64,000 nt of DNA from Leptolyngbyaceae cyanobacterium (lineage in GTDB: Bacteria > Cyanobacteriota > Cyanobacteriia > Phormidesmidales > Phormidesmidaceae). Under the pieces are notes generated by a model. The model worked only from the letters and a program-made list of their open reading frames with translations, made no database searches and had not been told where the DNA came from. This document shows positions 1 through 11,276 of this stretch, one piece after another (within the stretch, counting starts at the first letter, position 1; each line of letters starts with the position of its first letter). A program made the position numbers and the translations under genes. Where the stretch lies: contig CBDHHL010000025.1 in the NCBI GenBank assembly GCA_965263355.1, positions 32,001-96,000 of the forward strand. The letters are read 5' to 3'.

Positions 1-3000
1 TAGCTGAATAGGCAGGTTTGAATACTCAGTGAGTGGTTCTGCCAAAAGTTTTGTTGTTTCTGGAGTGGCCTTAGCACGCACTTGCCAGGAGCCATCATCC
101 CCTGGGAAAACAATCGCTAACCGATCGGCTCCAGAATTTTGCAACATTAGCTTAACGAGCTGAGCCAATAACTCATCCAGTTGAATCTTCTCGGAGAGAA
201 GCTGGGCAGATTTCAAGACAGTCGAAAAGTCCAGATGAGTATTGCTGCTTATATCAGAGAAGAGCGATGACGATAAAGCGTGACCAGGAAGATTGGGGTT
301 AGCAACACTGGCCAAAGCCTCTAGAGGATCTGACCCTCGTCGTTGGTCAAGTATCGGTTGTAGTAACTGGGAATATCGTTGTTCGAGATCGTCGGTTTTG
401 GCCTTAGCGCCCCAACGATCATAACAACAGTATGCGTCTTGCATATAAACGGCGGCAATTTTCTGCTTACCCCAATCCAGGTAAAACTTAGCCGTCAGTT
501 CATTGGCAAGGGCTTCCTCCAGACAATATTGATTTTCTTTAGCACTTGAGATCGCTTGATCATACTGATCAATAGCCTCAGCCCGTTGTCCCATTAGGTG
601 ACTTTTTTCAGCAGCAATTAAATCGACTTTATGCTGATAATTCATCGGGGCATGGTTTGCCCAATCATGCTGCAACTGCTTTTGGTTTTCGTTCACCTGT
701 TGCAACAGGTCACGATAGTCTTGTGAGTCCGGTTCTAGGGTTACCAGCTCCTTTAAAGCAGAGAGCGCATCATAGTAATAGAAAATAGGCATACCCACTG
801 TACCCCCACCCACAATCAAATAGTTTCTTGCATCAACTGCATGGGTGCGAGCCGAGGAATTATCCCCAAATAAATAACACAGGATTATTTTATATAGGTG
901 GAAATAAAATAATCCCAAAAAATCTTGATTAGCCGTGATCCCAGCAAAAAAGTCTTCTTCTTGAAATAGTTCCCCTGAAAGAGTGGCAGGATTTTTGGAC
1001 TGCCCCATCAAATTCAGAGCAGACTGCCAATAAATCTGACACCAATTTGCTGATGTTATCTGATTTAACTGAGTGACTCCGTTGCAGTAGGTTTGAATCT
1101 CTTGGGCTAACACAGCAAGATTTTGACTACAGGCGAAGGCATTGGCACAAAATGAGTAAGCACCATATCCTACCCACTCATAGTTACCCACCTCTAGGGC
1201 AGCCCCATAGCCTTGTCTCAGCAGTGGTAAGGTTTCTCGAATATATGATTTTCGATGTAATGTGTATAGCCCAGACATAATAAACACATGGGGCTTTACC
1301 GATTTTGCATCGAGATCATCCACTAACTGTAGCGCCAACTGCCCAAATGCGTCCCCCGTATCTACGGCCTGGAAATAATGACAGAGTATATAACTATAGT
1401 TGATATATATAAAGGCAGAGGCTGGGATATTCCCAAATTGAATGGATAATTTGGTCGCCAGAGCAACCCATAGTGGAAAGAAAGGAGAGCCTGAAATATA
1501 GGCAGCCGGGATAACACTACTGATCACTCGAATAATGGCAATCACTGTCTCATCCGTCATCATTGGCAAACAAGATAGCTGTGATATCTCTCTGTCACTA
1601 ATCAGTTGCTCAATCTCTAAAACTAATTGCCAAGTACCCTCTTGGGTGGGAGATTCGGGTAGAAAAATTCCCAAGCGTTGTAGGAGCTGCTGAGTGGTTG
1701 TAATCGCCTCTGCTAAATTCGTTTGGGCAACATCTATCTGAATTTTAAGGCAATATATATTAATTTGGTCGAGCAATGACCGAGTCTGTTGGATAATGGT
1801 TTCACTGTACTGTTGACTACTATTGAAGTCACCACAGAGAAATGCTAGCTCAGCCGCTAATTCATAGAGTTGTAAACTTGTCTCATACTGACACTGCCAA
1901 GCAGTATCTCCAAGTAAAGAGATGCCCACCCTCACGTATTCAAGACCTGCTTGATATGCGGTTGACTTTCTAGCTTTTTGAGCAGCCTTAAGGTTTAACT
2001 GGGCAATGTTCTCTCGACTTGATTGGGATGTAATAAACTCAACGCCATAGTTTAAATGACTCACTAATTCAAAAATGCGATCTTCCTCGGTATCTTGGGA
2101 AATTCTCTGAATTAGTAGCTGGCCAATAGTATAATGTACCTGTGTTCTTTGGTTTTCAGGAATTAAACGATAGGCAGCTTGTTGAACACGGTCATGGAGA
2201 AAACGATACTGTACTGTAGTTGTTTTTAGGTCAATGACTCGAATGTCATCTTGAAAAAACTTATATGCATTATCAATGGGCAATAAGATACCTTCTTGCA
2301 GAGCATCCCAAAGATATTTCGTAATAGTCTGTTGAGGCTTTTGACAGATAATGGATAATGTTTCTAGGTCAAATCGATATCCAATACATGCTCCTAATTT
2401 CAATATATCCTGAATATCTCGTGATAACTGATGTAAGCGACTAGTAATAAATTCAACAACATCATCCGAAATAACAGATTGGTAAATCTCTTCCAGATTA
2501 GATTCCCAATACCTCAAATTAGTATTGAATGTAATCAGCCCCTCCTCATACAGCCCTTGTAGTAACTGGCGGATAAAAAATGGATTTCCGTTAGTCTTTT
2601 GATGAATTAGTTGGGCTAAAGAATAGGCATAATCCTGACTACAGTTTAGAGTCTCTGCAACTAATTGATTAATGCAATCAAATTCTATTGCGCCAAGAGT
2701 CAGAGTCGAAACAGCTGGACTATTTTTTAGTTCAGCTAAACTCAGCATTAAGGGATGGGATGCAGTAACCTCATTATTTCGATAGGCTCCTAGCATTAAT
2801 AAACACCCTGTATGGGCTTTATCCATTAACAACGTCAATAGGTTTAAAGAAGCGGAATCAATCCATTGCAGATCATCGAGAAAGATAACTAAGGGATGGT
2901 CTGGGGTGGCAAATACCTGGATAAACTTGCTAAACAATAGATTAAACCGATTCTGAGCCGCCGTTCCTGACAAGTCTGGAACGGCAGGTTGTGGTCCAAT

Positions 3001-4338
3001 AATCTGTTCTAACTCTGGAATAACCTCAATCAACATCTGGCCAGTTTCTCCAACGGCTGCCAGAATTTTTGTTTTCCAGTCCGCTAAGGCTGCATCCGAT
3101 TCCCCCAATAACTGTCCCATCAAACTACGGAATGCCTGGACAAATGCGGAGAAGGGAACAGTCCGATTAAGCTGGTCAAACTTTCCTTTGATAAAGTAAC
3201 CTTTTTGCCGGGTAATGGGTCTGTGGACTTCATTTACCACAGCTGTTTTGCCAATACCCGAGAAACCGGTTACCAGCATTAGCTCTGACCTGCCCTGAGA
3301 AACTCGCTCAAAGGCATCCAGTAACATTTGAACTGCTGCATCCCGTCCGTAGAGTTTTTCAGGAATTAAAAAGCGATCGCACCGATCCTCCTGCCCCAGC
3401 TCAAACGATTCAATCCGCCTAGATGCCTCCCACTGGTTCAAACATTGCTGTAAATCATGCTTTAGCCCCAACGCACTCTGGTAACGATCCTCGGCATTCT
3501 TCGCCATCAGCTTGAGGACGATATCAGAGAGGGGTTTAGGGATAGGGGGGGGATGGGGGGATGGAGAATTCTGCTTTCCGTCTGCCGTCTGCCGCCTTTT
3601 ATCAATCTCACACGGTGGCACAGGAACCTTCGCAAGGTGGCAATGGACGAGGTCCATGGGGTCATCGCTTTGAAAGGGGAGTTCACCTGTTAGCAATTCA
3701 TAGAGGACGACTCCGAGACTATAAAAATCCGCTCGATAGTCAATGCTCCGGTTCATGCGCCCAGTTTGCTCCGGAGCAATATAGGCCAGGTTACCTTCCA
3801 AGACATGGGGACTTTGCAACTCCTGGCATTCCTTAGGCAGCAACGAGGCCAAACTAAAGTCCGTCAGCCAGATTTGATCGGTTTCAGGGTCAATCAGAAT
3901 ATTGGCTGGATTGATATCCTTGTGTAGTACTTGATGCTGACTCAGATGGTGGAGGTTATCCGCCATTTGGAGGGCAATGGCCATCACTTGCTCTATGGTA
4001 AGGCGGTCGTAGGTCCGCATGTATTCCCATAGAGCGATTCCACTCACATCCTCCATCACCAGGGCATAGCTATGGTTCCAGAAGACCAAGGCCAAGGGGG
4101 TGACAATACCGGGACAGGCCAGTTTTTTGGCAATGATGTACTGATTGCGAAAGCGAACTAATTCGTTGATGGAGGGGGAAGGCGATCGCAATATCTTAAT
4201 CACTAATGGCTTAGCCTGCTTTCCTTCTCCAGCTAAGGCTCGATAAACCGCTGTGCGACTGCCTACATAGATCGGTTCAGTCAGGGTATAGCCTGGGATA
4301 GATGGTAGGCGTCGATTCAAGGAATTAGACATAGCCAT
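1..4338 (-). CDS. Ser/Thr kinase-AAA ATPase-GAF multi-sensor kinase, partial (3' end runs off the window)
   Basis: Not in the ORF track because no stop lies in the window. Manual translation from ATG 4338 gives MAMSNSLNRRLPSIPGYTLTEPIYVG...; HKDINPAN, DFS, LAYIAPEQTGRMNR, Walker A GFSGIGKT, KGKFDQ, FLDDLQWID and FLHDRVQQAAY are all present. Paralog of the 4624-11190 gene. Confidence 0.9.
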   Translation of the reverse strand, partial: MAMSNSLNRRLPSIPGYTLTEPIYVGSRTAVYRALAGEGKQAKPLVIKILRSPSPSINELVRFRNQYIIAKKLACPGIVTPLALVFWNHSYALVMEDVSGIALWEYMRTYDRLTIEQVMAIALQMADNLHHLSQHQVLHKDINPANILIDPETDQIWLTDFSLASLLPKECQELQSPHVLEGNLAYIAPEQTGRMNRSIDYRADFYSLGVVLYELLTGELPFQSDDPMDLVHCHLAKVPVPPCEIDKRRQTADGKQNSPSPHPPPIPKPLSDIVLKLMAKNAEDRYQSALGLKHDLQQCLNQWEASRRIESFELGQEDRCDRFLIPEKLYGRDAAVQMLLDAFERVSQGRSELMLVTGFSGIGKTAVVNEVHRPITRQKGYFIKGKFDQLNRTVPFSAFVQAFRSLMGQLLGESDAALADWKTKILAAVGETGQMLIEVIPELEQIIGPQPAVPDLSGTAAQNRFNLLFSKFIQVFATPDHPLVIFLDDLQWIDSASLNLLTLLMDKAHTGCLLMLGAYRNNEVTASHPLMLSLAELKNSPAVSTLTLGAIEFDCINQLVAETLNCSQDYAYSLAQLIHQKTNGNPFFIRQLLQGLYEEGLITFNTNLRYWESNLEEIYQSVISDDVVEFITSRLHQLSRDIQDILKLGACIGYRFDLETLSIICQKPQQTITKYLWDALQEGILLPIDNAYKFFQDDIRVIDLKTTTVQYRFLHDRVQQAAYRLIPENQRTQVHYTIGQLLIQRISQDTEEDRIFELVSHLNYGVEFITSQSSRENIAQLNLKAAQKARKSTAYQAGLEYVRVGISLLGDTAWQCQYETSLQLYELAAELAFLCGDFNSSQQYSETIIQQTRSLLDQINIYCLKIQIDVAQTNLAEAITTTQQLLQRLGIFLPESPTQEGTWQLVLEIEQLISDREISQLSCLPMMTDETVIAIIRVISSVIPAAYISGSPFFPLWVALATKLSIQFGNIPASAFIYINYSYILCHYFQAVDTGDAFGQLALQLVDDLDAKSVKPHVFIMSGLYTLHRKSYIRETLPLLRQGYGAALEVGNYEWVGYGAYSFCANAFACSQNLAVLAQEIQTYCNGVTQLNQITSANWCQIYWQSALNLMGQSKNPATLSGELFQEEDFFAGITANQDFLGLFYFHLYKIILCYLFGDNSSARTHAVDARNYLIVGGGTVGMPIFYYYDALSALKELVTLEPDSQDYRDLLQQVNENQKQLQHDWANHAPMNYQHKVDLIAAEKSHLMGQRAEAIDQYDQAISSAKENQYCLEEALANELTAKFYLDWGKQKIAAVYMQDAYCCYDRWGAKAKTDDLEQRYSQLLQPILDQRRGSDPLEALASVANPNLPGHALSSSLFSDISSNTHLDFSTVLKSAQLLSEKIQLDELLAQLVKLMLQNSGADRLAIVFPGDDGSWQVRAKATPETTKLLAEPLTEYSNLPIQL
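3541..3600 (-). repeat. In-frame short tandem (heptamer-type) repeat insertion inside the kinase gene
   Basis: GGCAGAC-like and CCCCATC-like units encode KRRQTADGKQNSPSPHPPPI; the paralog has only a short NPDV linker here. Confidence 0.6.
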
Positions 4339-4623
4339 GGGGCATTAAGCAGTGCTTTGGAACAATCAACAAGGCTGACTAGCTGGAACCAGACTGGTAA
4401 GTAAGTCACAAGCATACCTGTGTCTGCCACTGCTATGGCTACTTAAGCCACGGCTAACTCAAAACCAGCAATTTTGGCTTAACGGAACCGCTTATTTTGA
4501 ATAAGGCCTGCTATTACCTGGACCTTCTGGGGAACATGGTTTCCTCTGGTTGATTTCAGGGATGACTTACACCTTGCTGCATTGTTGAATATTTTATTAT
4601 TGCTCACAAAGTAGGACAGACTG

Positions 4624-7600
4624 TCATTGTTGCTGCAGGGGTAGGCGAATGCAAAATTCAGTGCCCTGACCAATTTCAGATTGCACATCCAAACGACCCC
4701 CATGGGTATCCACTACGATTTGATGGGCGATCGCAAGTCCTAACCCAGTCCCTTTACCAACATCTTTAGTCGTAAATAAAGAGTCAAATACCTTGGATCT
4801 AAGGGCTTCAGGAATGCCAGGCCCGTTATCAGCTATGGCAATCATTATCTGTTGATTATCCACCTCAGTCCGAATTGTAATGCATGGGGAAAAGGCGTCT
4901 AGGTCGGCAAAGCTAAGCGTTTGACTGGTTTCGTCTAAGGCATCAATGGCATTGGCCAGAATATTCATAAACACCTGGTTTAGCTGCCCTGGGAAACAAG
5001 TAATTTCAGGAATATCACCATAGTCCTTGACTACTTCAATGGCGGGCCGCTGCTCATTTGCTTTGAGACGATGTCGTAAAATTAATACTGTACTTTCCAA
5101 CCCCTTATGCAGGTCAAAAACCTGTCGAGTTTCAGTATCAGCCCGAGAGAAGGTGCGTAGGCTCCTGCTGATGCTGACAATGCGCTTTCCACTGTCCTTC
5201 ATGGCCTGAATCAACTGGGGCAGATCATCTCGCACATAGGTTAGATCAATAGCATCTAATTCGTTTTCAATGTCAGGACCAGGGTTAGGAAACTGTTGGG
5301 CATAGAGATCCAGTAACCCTAATAAATCACTAAAGTAATCCTGAGCTGCAGCTACATTGCCAACAATGCAACCGACCGGATTATTAATCTCATGGGCTAT
5401 ACCTGTTACTAAACCACCCAAGGCCGACATCTTTTCACTTTTTACCAGCTGCAATTGGCTTTGTTGTAGCTGGGTTAGGGCCATTTTCAATGCCTGATTT
5501 TTTTTATGGATCTGCGCTTCAGCTTGTTTGCGATCGCGAATATCTCTGACAATTTTAGAGGCTCCGATCACATTCCCATGGCTATCGATTAATGGAGAAA
5601 TAGTGACTGAAATATCAATGGGCGACCCATCCTTGTGAAGTCGAATGGTTTCAAAATGCTTGACTCGTTTTTTATTTTTAATACGTGCAATAATTTGGGC
5701 TTCTTCCTGGAGTCGATCGGCTGGGAAAAGCATTGTAATGGGCTGTCCCATGGCCTCTGCTTCTGTATAGCCGAATAAATCAACGGCAGCATGATTCCAA
5801 CTGGTGATGATACTATCTAGGTTTTTGGTAATAATTGCGTCATCCGATGATTCAACCACCGATGCTAATAAACGAGAGTTCGCCTCAGCCTGTTTGCGAT
5901 CGCTAATATCGCGCATAATTGTCGAGAAATTCTCAACGGCACCTGACCCATCCTTGTGGGCAATGATCACTTGTGAGACAGGAATTTCACGGCCTGCTTC
6001 ATCCAATAGGACTAATTCTCCTGACCAGCTGCCATTTTGAACAGCACTAGGCAAGGCTTCATTAACAATGATTTCATTCACCCAATCTGGATGACAGTCA
6101 GAAATTAAGTGGTGCTCATCAGACTCAACTAAATCTTTACGTAGATTCCGAAGGGGTTTGTTGTGCCATAGGATTTCACCTTGGGTAGTAGCGACCCCGA
6201 TAAAGTCAGGGGTGGCTTCAAGCACAGCGGTTAATCTTGCCTGTTCTTTTTCTAGCTTTTTGCGATCGCTAATGTCTCTAGCTATACAATGAAAAATGAT
6301 TTTCCCCTGATATTTAATCGGGGTTAGGGTAATCTCTGCCCAAAAATCTTCTCCATTATGGCATTGGCAAACCCACTTAAATCGGAAACTACACCGTTGC
6401 GACGCTTCCAACAACATAAATTCAATCTTAACTGCAGAAAGTTGGCCATCTGGCTGTCTTTCAGGCGAAAATTGATGGATCTGAAGAGCTAATAGCGCTG
6501 CTTTGTTGGGGTAACGAAAAAGACTAACCGCAGCTTGATTACAATCAATAATTTTTTGTTCTCTTAGTAAAAAAACTGCATCCGCAGCCTGATCGAAGAG
6601 GGTTTGAAGACGATCTTCAGAGGCGGCTAATTGATCGGCTCTACGTTTTTCTAGCTGATAAAGACGAGCGTTCTCCAGGGAAATTGCAGTTTGGGTACAT
6701 AGGAAATTGAGTATAGTGATGCGATCGCTTGTGAATACGCCATCTGTTAGTCTATTACTGAGATACAAAATGCCAACCAGGTGCCCCTGATTAAACAGTG
6801 GTAAGCATAACAAACTCTTGGGCTGATGCTCCATAAGATAGTCATCAAGTATGGGCAAGTCTGTTTCTAAGTTGTCGATAACAACAACTTTCTGGGTGTT
6901 TTTAACATATTGAATCAGTTTGACCGGAATGTTGGGATTGTTTGTCAGGGGTTCTGTGTAGAGCTGGGTTTTGTCCGATGTTGCTACGGCTCGGACCTGC
7001 CAAACTCCTGTTTCATCGGGAAGTATCAGAGCACAGTGGTCCCCCCCCGAGTTTTGCAAAATAATCTGGGTAAGTTGATACAGCAGCTCATCCAACTTAA
7101 TGGCGCTGGAAAGGGCTTGGGATGCTTTTAGAATGCTGGCAAAATCAAACGCCTGATTGAGGTTTGCCCTGTTAGCTGCTTTGTGATGGGTGCTGAAATG
7201 AGCTGATATTGTCGATTTAGAAAGTCTTGTCAAGGTGTTGAGTACGTCAACTGACGGTGTTGTTAGTTGTTGTAAAATAGGGCGTAGTAGCTTTGGATAG
7301 CGGCTTTCCAGATCAGCAACTTTAGCACTGGCTCCCCAACGAGAATAACAATAGTAAGCCTCTTGCATGTAGACGGCTGCAATTTTCTCCTTGCCCCAAT
7401 CCAGATAAAATCTAGCAGCCAGTTCGTTAGCCATGGCTTCTTCCTGGATGTAACCATTGACCTTAGCACCTGAAATAGCAGAATCATACACATCAATGGC
7501 GGCAGCCATCTCTCCTAAACAATGATACTGTTCTGCCAAAACTAAGTCATATTTATGTTGAAAGTTCATGGGTGCATGGTCTGCCCAATGCTTTATTTTT

Positions 7601-10600
7601 ACCTGATTCTCAGAAATTTTTGCCAATATAGAGTTCTGCTCTGAGTTTGAAACGGTTGCATATTGCGCTAATCTTGCCAGAGAATCATAAAAGTAAAGAA
7701 GGGGACCGGTTGCCTGGGCCGTACTCCCTGCTAAATGCTTAGCAGCTTCAGTTGCATAGCCCACAGAGTCATTCCATTCACCAAACCAGTAGCAAAGCAT
7801 CGCTTTGTGCAAGTATAGGCAAAATAATCCTAAAACGTTGCTGGACCTATGATACAGAGGCAACATTGTCTCTTCATTAAAGGCATTACCTACGAGCTGA
7901 TAAGGATTTTGAGAATTGCCTGTCAAATTTAAAATTACTTGGTGTATAAGTTCATTGTTGTTAAAGTGTAATTCTTGCTTAATCTCGCGAATCTGTTGAC
8001 TATAGGTTGCGACTTTATGGGCTAATTCCTGCAGCTGTTCACCTACAATGTAAGACGATTGACTTTCGTAGTAATGGCTCAGGGCAGCACCATCTAAATT
8101 GCCGGACTCTAACCCATTTAGATAGGCTGTTTTCAACAGGGGAATACTCTCCTTGAGGTGAACTTTCCAGGGTAAGGTAAGAGCCCCAACCATCAATAAC
8201 ACACGAGTACTAATGGCTTTGTTATTAAATTTCTCCGATAGTTTTAGGGCTAGACATCCAAACTCGTACCCCAACTCAATATCATTGACTTTACTACATA
8301 GTAAAAAGCTATAGCGGGCATACGCTCCAGCAGACACAGGAGTATTTCCATGTAAGAGTGATAGCTTAACTTGGGCAAGGACAATGAGTGGAAATAGCTG
8401 TGGTTGCGTCAAATATACGGTCGCTGCCATACTATTAAGAATTCGTAGTGCAGCTAATGCATAATCATCTGTCATGGATGGCAGATCGAGTAAAGATTGA
8501 ATCTTTGTTTGAAGAATAAGATCGCCAACGTCTGTCCAGAACTTTTCAATATCATCCTGGGTGGGTGGATTTGGAATTGAAATACCTAGTTTTTCTAGGG
8601 TCTGTAGCCCCAACTCAGTCGCTTCTAAGGTTTTTTTCTGTGCCGTACACGCTAACAGATTGATTTCATGCACTTTGACCTCATCTAAAATAGCCTTTGC
8701 ATGATGTAGTAATATCTTGGCCCAATGCTGTGATTTGGCAAAATCGCCCTTGAGATATGCTAACTCAGCGACCAATTCATAAAGTGCCAGCGTGAGGCTG
8801 TACTGATTTGACCAACTATCTGAGGAGAGTAGATCGATAGCGGTGGTAGCGTACTGATGGGCGGCCTCATAGGCGATCGCCCCCTTTGCCTTATAGGCCG
8901 CCTTGAAATTGAGCTGGCGTAGCTGAGTCTGCTTATAGGCGTCCGTAACCAGTGCTGCCCCTATATTCCAGTGATTTACAATATTGAAGAGTTTATTGTC
9001 AAGTTCTACCTCTGAAACACTGTCGAGGAGTAATTGTCCAATCTTTAGATGAGTAATTTGTTTCTGGGTATCTGGAATCAAACAGTAAGCGGCTTGTTGA
9101 ACACGGTCATGTAAGAATTGATAGGTGGGATTAACAGTTCTTTGCCAATTATCGTCTTCTGACTGAAAGAATTTATAGATTTGGCTTGTGGGTAACACGA
9201 AACCTTCTTGTAATGCTTGCCATAAAAATTGAGCAGTATTATCAGAAGATTCTTCCAACACAATTGCTAACGTGTTCAAATCAAATTGGTTGCCGATGCA
9301 AGCGGCTAACTTTAGTACTTGTTGTGTCTCAACTGACAGTTTCCGTAACTGCACAACCATAAACTCCACCACATCATCTGTGAGGGCCATGGCCTTGATT
9401 TGGGTAATATCACACGCCCAGTAGCGCTGCTCAAGATCAAAGCTAAGTAGCCCATCTTCGTGCAATGCTTTGAGAAACTGTGTTGTGAAAAAAGGATTGC
9501 CTTTGGTTTTACGGTTGACCAATTCGGTTAGGGGTTGGGCAAGCTTTGTTGAACAATTCAACGTATCGGCAATTAAATGATTAGTATCTTCAAATGATAA
9601 CGGTGTTAGGGTAATCGTATTAACAATAGATTGAGCTTGTTTAAGTTCCCCTAGGGTCAGAGTTAAGGGGTGAGTAGAGGAGACTTCATTATCTCGATAC
9701 GCGCCTATTAATAGCAAATAGCGATTGTTTTCTGCCAGCAGTTTAATTAACTGCAAAGACGTTGAATCGGCCCATTGCAAATCGTCTAAAAAAATCACCA
9801 ATGGGTGTTCTGCAATCGAAAAGAGTTCAATAAAATTTTGAAACAACCGATTAAAACGATTTTGAGCAGCGCTACCTGAGAGTTCAATCACAGAAGGTTG
9901 ATTGCCAATAATCTGGGCCAGTTCTGGAATAACGTCGACTAGCACCTTGCCGTTTTCACCTACCGCATCCAAAATACGGGTTTTCCAAGTCTTCAGTTGG
10001 GCATCAGATTCTGACAGTAGCTGACCCATTAAATCCCGCAAGGCTTGCAAAAAGGCTGATAGCGGAATATTTCGATTAAATTGGTCAAATTTACCTTTGA
10101 TGAAGTATCCTTTCTGCCGGGTAATCGGCTTATGTACTTCGTTTACCACGGCAGTTTTACCAATTCCTGAAAAACCGGTTACCAGCATTAGCTCCGAGGA
10201 ACTTTGGGCAACTCGGTCAAAGGCATTTAGCAAAACTTTAACTTCCGTTTCCCGACCATAGAGTTTTTCGGGAATGAGGAAGCGATCGCTTAAATCTTGC
10301 TGTCCTAAACTAAATTCAGCAATTTCTCCTTGTTGTTGCCACTGAGTTAGACACCGCTCAAAATCATATTTAAGGCCAAAGGCACTTTGGTAGCGGTCTT
10401 CTGCATTTTTGGCCATCAGTTTGGCAATGATCGCTGTCACCATTGCTGGTACATCCGGATTGATCTGATCCACAGCAGCTGGCAGCTGGGCCATGTGACA
10501 ATGGATCAATTCCAGCGGGTCTTTACTGGTGAAGGGAAGTTGACCGGTAAGTAGTTGATACAGTGTTACACCGAGGGAATAAAAGTCCGTTCGATAGTCA

Positions 10601-11190
10601 ATGGCCCGGTTCATGCGTCCGGTCTGCTCTGGGGCTAGATAGGCTAGCGTGCCTTCTAAACTATTATGGCCTTTGATAGCCTCGGTTTCTTTGGGTAGCA
10701 GCGAAGCAAGGCTAAAGTCGCTCAGCTTAACTTGCTTTGAGTCTGGATGAATCAGAATGTTGGCGGGTTTAATGTCCTTGTGGATCACCCGATGCTGGTG
10801 GAGATCGTGCAGAATAGTAGCTAGCTGGATGGCAATTGTGAGGATATCAATAAGACTGAGCTGATTTCCCTGGGCATATTGCCCCAGATCAATTCCCCCA
10901 AAATCCTCCATAATTAGTGCATAGCCATTGCCCCAGGTCTCCAGACTAAGCGGACGGATAATTCCCTCAATAGGTAAGTTTTTCGCAACCGTATATTGAT
11001 TGCGAAACTGAACCAGTTCACTAAAGTTCGGATATTCCTGAGCTAGGATTTTAACCACGACAGATTGCTGGGTTGCTGTCCCCACAGCTCGATAAACCGT
11101 TGTACGAGTGCCCTGATAAATACACTCAACCAAGGTATAGCCAGACAGATGTAGATTTGTCAGGGGGGATGATTCGGCCACATTAGTCAT
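4624..11190 (-). CDS. Ser/Thr kinase-AAA-GAF-PAS x3-histidine kinase
   Basis: ORF track 2203 aa (TTG 11235; ATG 11190 preferred). Motifs HKDIKPAN, GFSGIGKT, GAF, three PAS/PAC segments (RDISDRK), H-box AHEINNP, N box NILANAID, G boxes DNGPG and GTGLGL. Confidence 0.95.
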   Translation of the reverse strand: MTNVAESSPLTNLHLSGYTLVECIYQGTRTTVYRAVGTATQQSVVVKILAQEYPNFSELVQFRNQYTVAKNLPIEGIIRPLSLETWGNGYALIMEDFGGIDLGQYAQGNQLSLIDILTIAIQLATILHDLHQHRVIHKDIKPANILIHPDSKQVKLSDFSLASLLPKETEAIKGHNSLEGTLAYLAPEQTGRMNRAIDYRTDFYSLGVTLYQLLTGQLPFTSKDPLELIHCHMAQLPAAVDQINPDVPAMVTAIIAKLMAKNAEDRYQSAFGLKYDFERCLTQWQQQGEIAEFSLGQQDLSDRFLIPEKLYGRETEVKVLLNAFDRVAQSSSELMLVTGFSGIGKTAVVNEVHKPITRQKGYFIKGKFDQFNRNIPLSAFLQALRDLMGQLLSESDAQLKTWKTRILDAVGENGKVLVDVIPELAQIIGNQPSVIELSGSAAQNRFNRLFQNFIELFSIAEHPLVIFLDDLQWADSTSLQLIKLLAENNRYLLLIGAYRDNEVSSTHPLTLTLGELKQAQSIVNTITLTPLSFEDTNHLIADTLNCSTKLAQPLTELVNRKTKGNPFFTTQFLKALHEDGLLSFDLEQRYWACDITQIKAMALTDDVVEFMVVQLRKLSVETQQVLKLAACIGNQFDLNTLAIVLEESSDNTAQFLWQALQEGFVLPTSQIYKFFQSEDDNWQRTVNPTYQFLHDRVQQAAYCLIPDTQKQITHLKIGQLLLDSVSEVELDNKLFNIVNHWNIGAALVTDAYKQTQLRQLNFKAAYKAKGAIAYEAAHQYATTAIDLLSSDSWSNQYSLTLALYELVAELAYLKGDFAKSQHWAKILLHHAKAILDEVKVHEINLLACTAQKKTLEATELGLQTLEKLGISIPNPPTQDDIEKFWTDVGDLILQTKIQSLLDLPSMTDDYALAALRILNSMAATVYLTQPQLFPLIVLAQVKLSLLHGNTPVSAGAYARYSFLLCSKVNDIELGYEFGCLALKLSEKFNNKAISTRVLLMVGALTLPWKVHLKESIPLLKTAYLNGLESGNLDGAALSHYYESQSSYIVGEQLQELAHKVATYSQQIREIKQELHFNNNELIHQVILNLTGNSQNPYQLVGNAFNEETMLPLYHRSSNVLGLFCLYLHKAMLCYWFGEWNDSVGYATEAAKHLAGSTAQATGPLLYFYDSLARLAQYATVSNSEQNSILAKISENQVKIKHWADHAPMNFQHKYDLVLAEQYHCLGEMAAAIDVYDSAISGAKVNGYIQEEAMANELAARFYLDWGKEKIAAVYMQEAYYCYSRWGASAKVADLESRYPKLLRPILQQLTTPSVDVLNTLTRLSKSTISAHFSTHHKAANRANLNQAFDFASILKASQALSSAIKLDELLYQLTQIILQNSGGDHCALILPDETGVWQVRAVATSDKTQLYTEPLTNNPNIPVKLIQYVKNTQKVVVIDNLETDLPILDDYLMEHQPKSLLCLPLFNQGHLVGILYLSNRLTDGVFTSDRITILNFLCTQTAISLENARLYQLEKRRADQLAASEDRLQTLFDQAADAVFLLREQKIIDCNQAAVSLFRYPNKAALLALQIHQFSPERQPDGQLSAVKIEFMLLEASQRCSFRFKWVCQCHNGEDFWAEITLTPIKYQGKIIFHCIARDISDRKKLEKEQARLTAVLEATPDFIGVATTQGEILWHNKPLRNLRKDLVESDEHHLISDCHPDWVNEIIVNEALPSAVQNGSWSGELVLLDEAGREIPVSQVIIAHKDGSGAVENFSTIMRDISDRKQAEANSRLLASVVESSDDAIITKNLDSIITSWNHAAVDLFGYTEAEAMGQPITMLFPADRLQEEAQIIARIKNKKRVKHFETIRLHKDGSPIDISVTISPLIDSHGNVIGASKIVRDIRDRKQAEAQIHKKNQALKMALTQLQQSQLQLVKSEKMSALGGLVTGIAHEINNPVGCIVGNVAAAQDYFSDLLGLLDLYAQQFPNPGPDIENELDAIDLTYVRDDLPQLIQAMKDSGKRIVSISRSLRTFSRADTETRQVFDLHKGLESTVLILRHRLKANEQRPAIEVVKDYGDIPEITCFPGQLNQVFMNILANAIDALDETSQTLSFADLDAFSPCITIRTEVDNQQIMIAIADNGPGIPEALRSKVFDSLFTTKDVGKGTGLGLAIAHQIVVDTHGGRLDVQSEIGQGTEFCIRLPLQQQ

Positions 11191-11276
11191 GTGCTTAGTC
11201 GTCAAGAAAGCAGAGTTTATCCTAAAAGTACCCAAGATGGTTGCGATCGCGCCTATCTACAGTATCTCCACTGAAC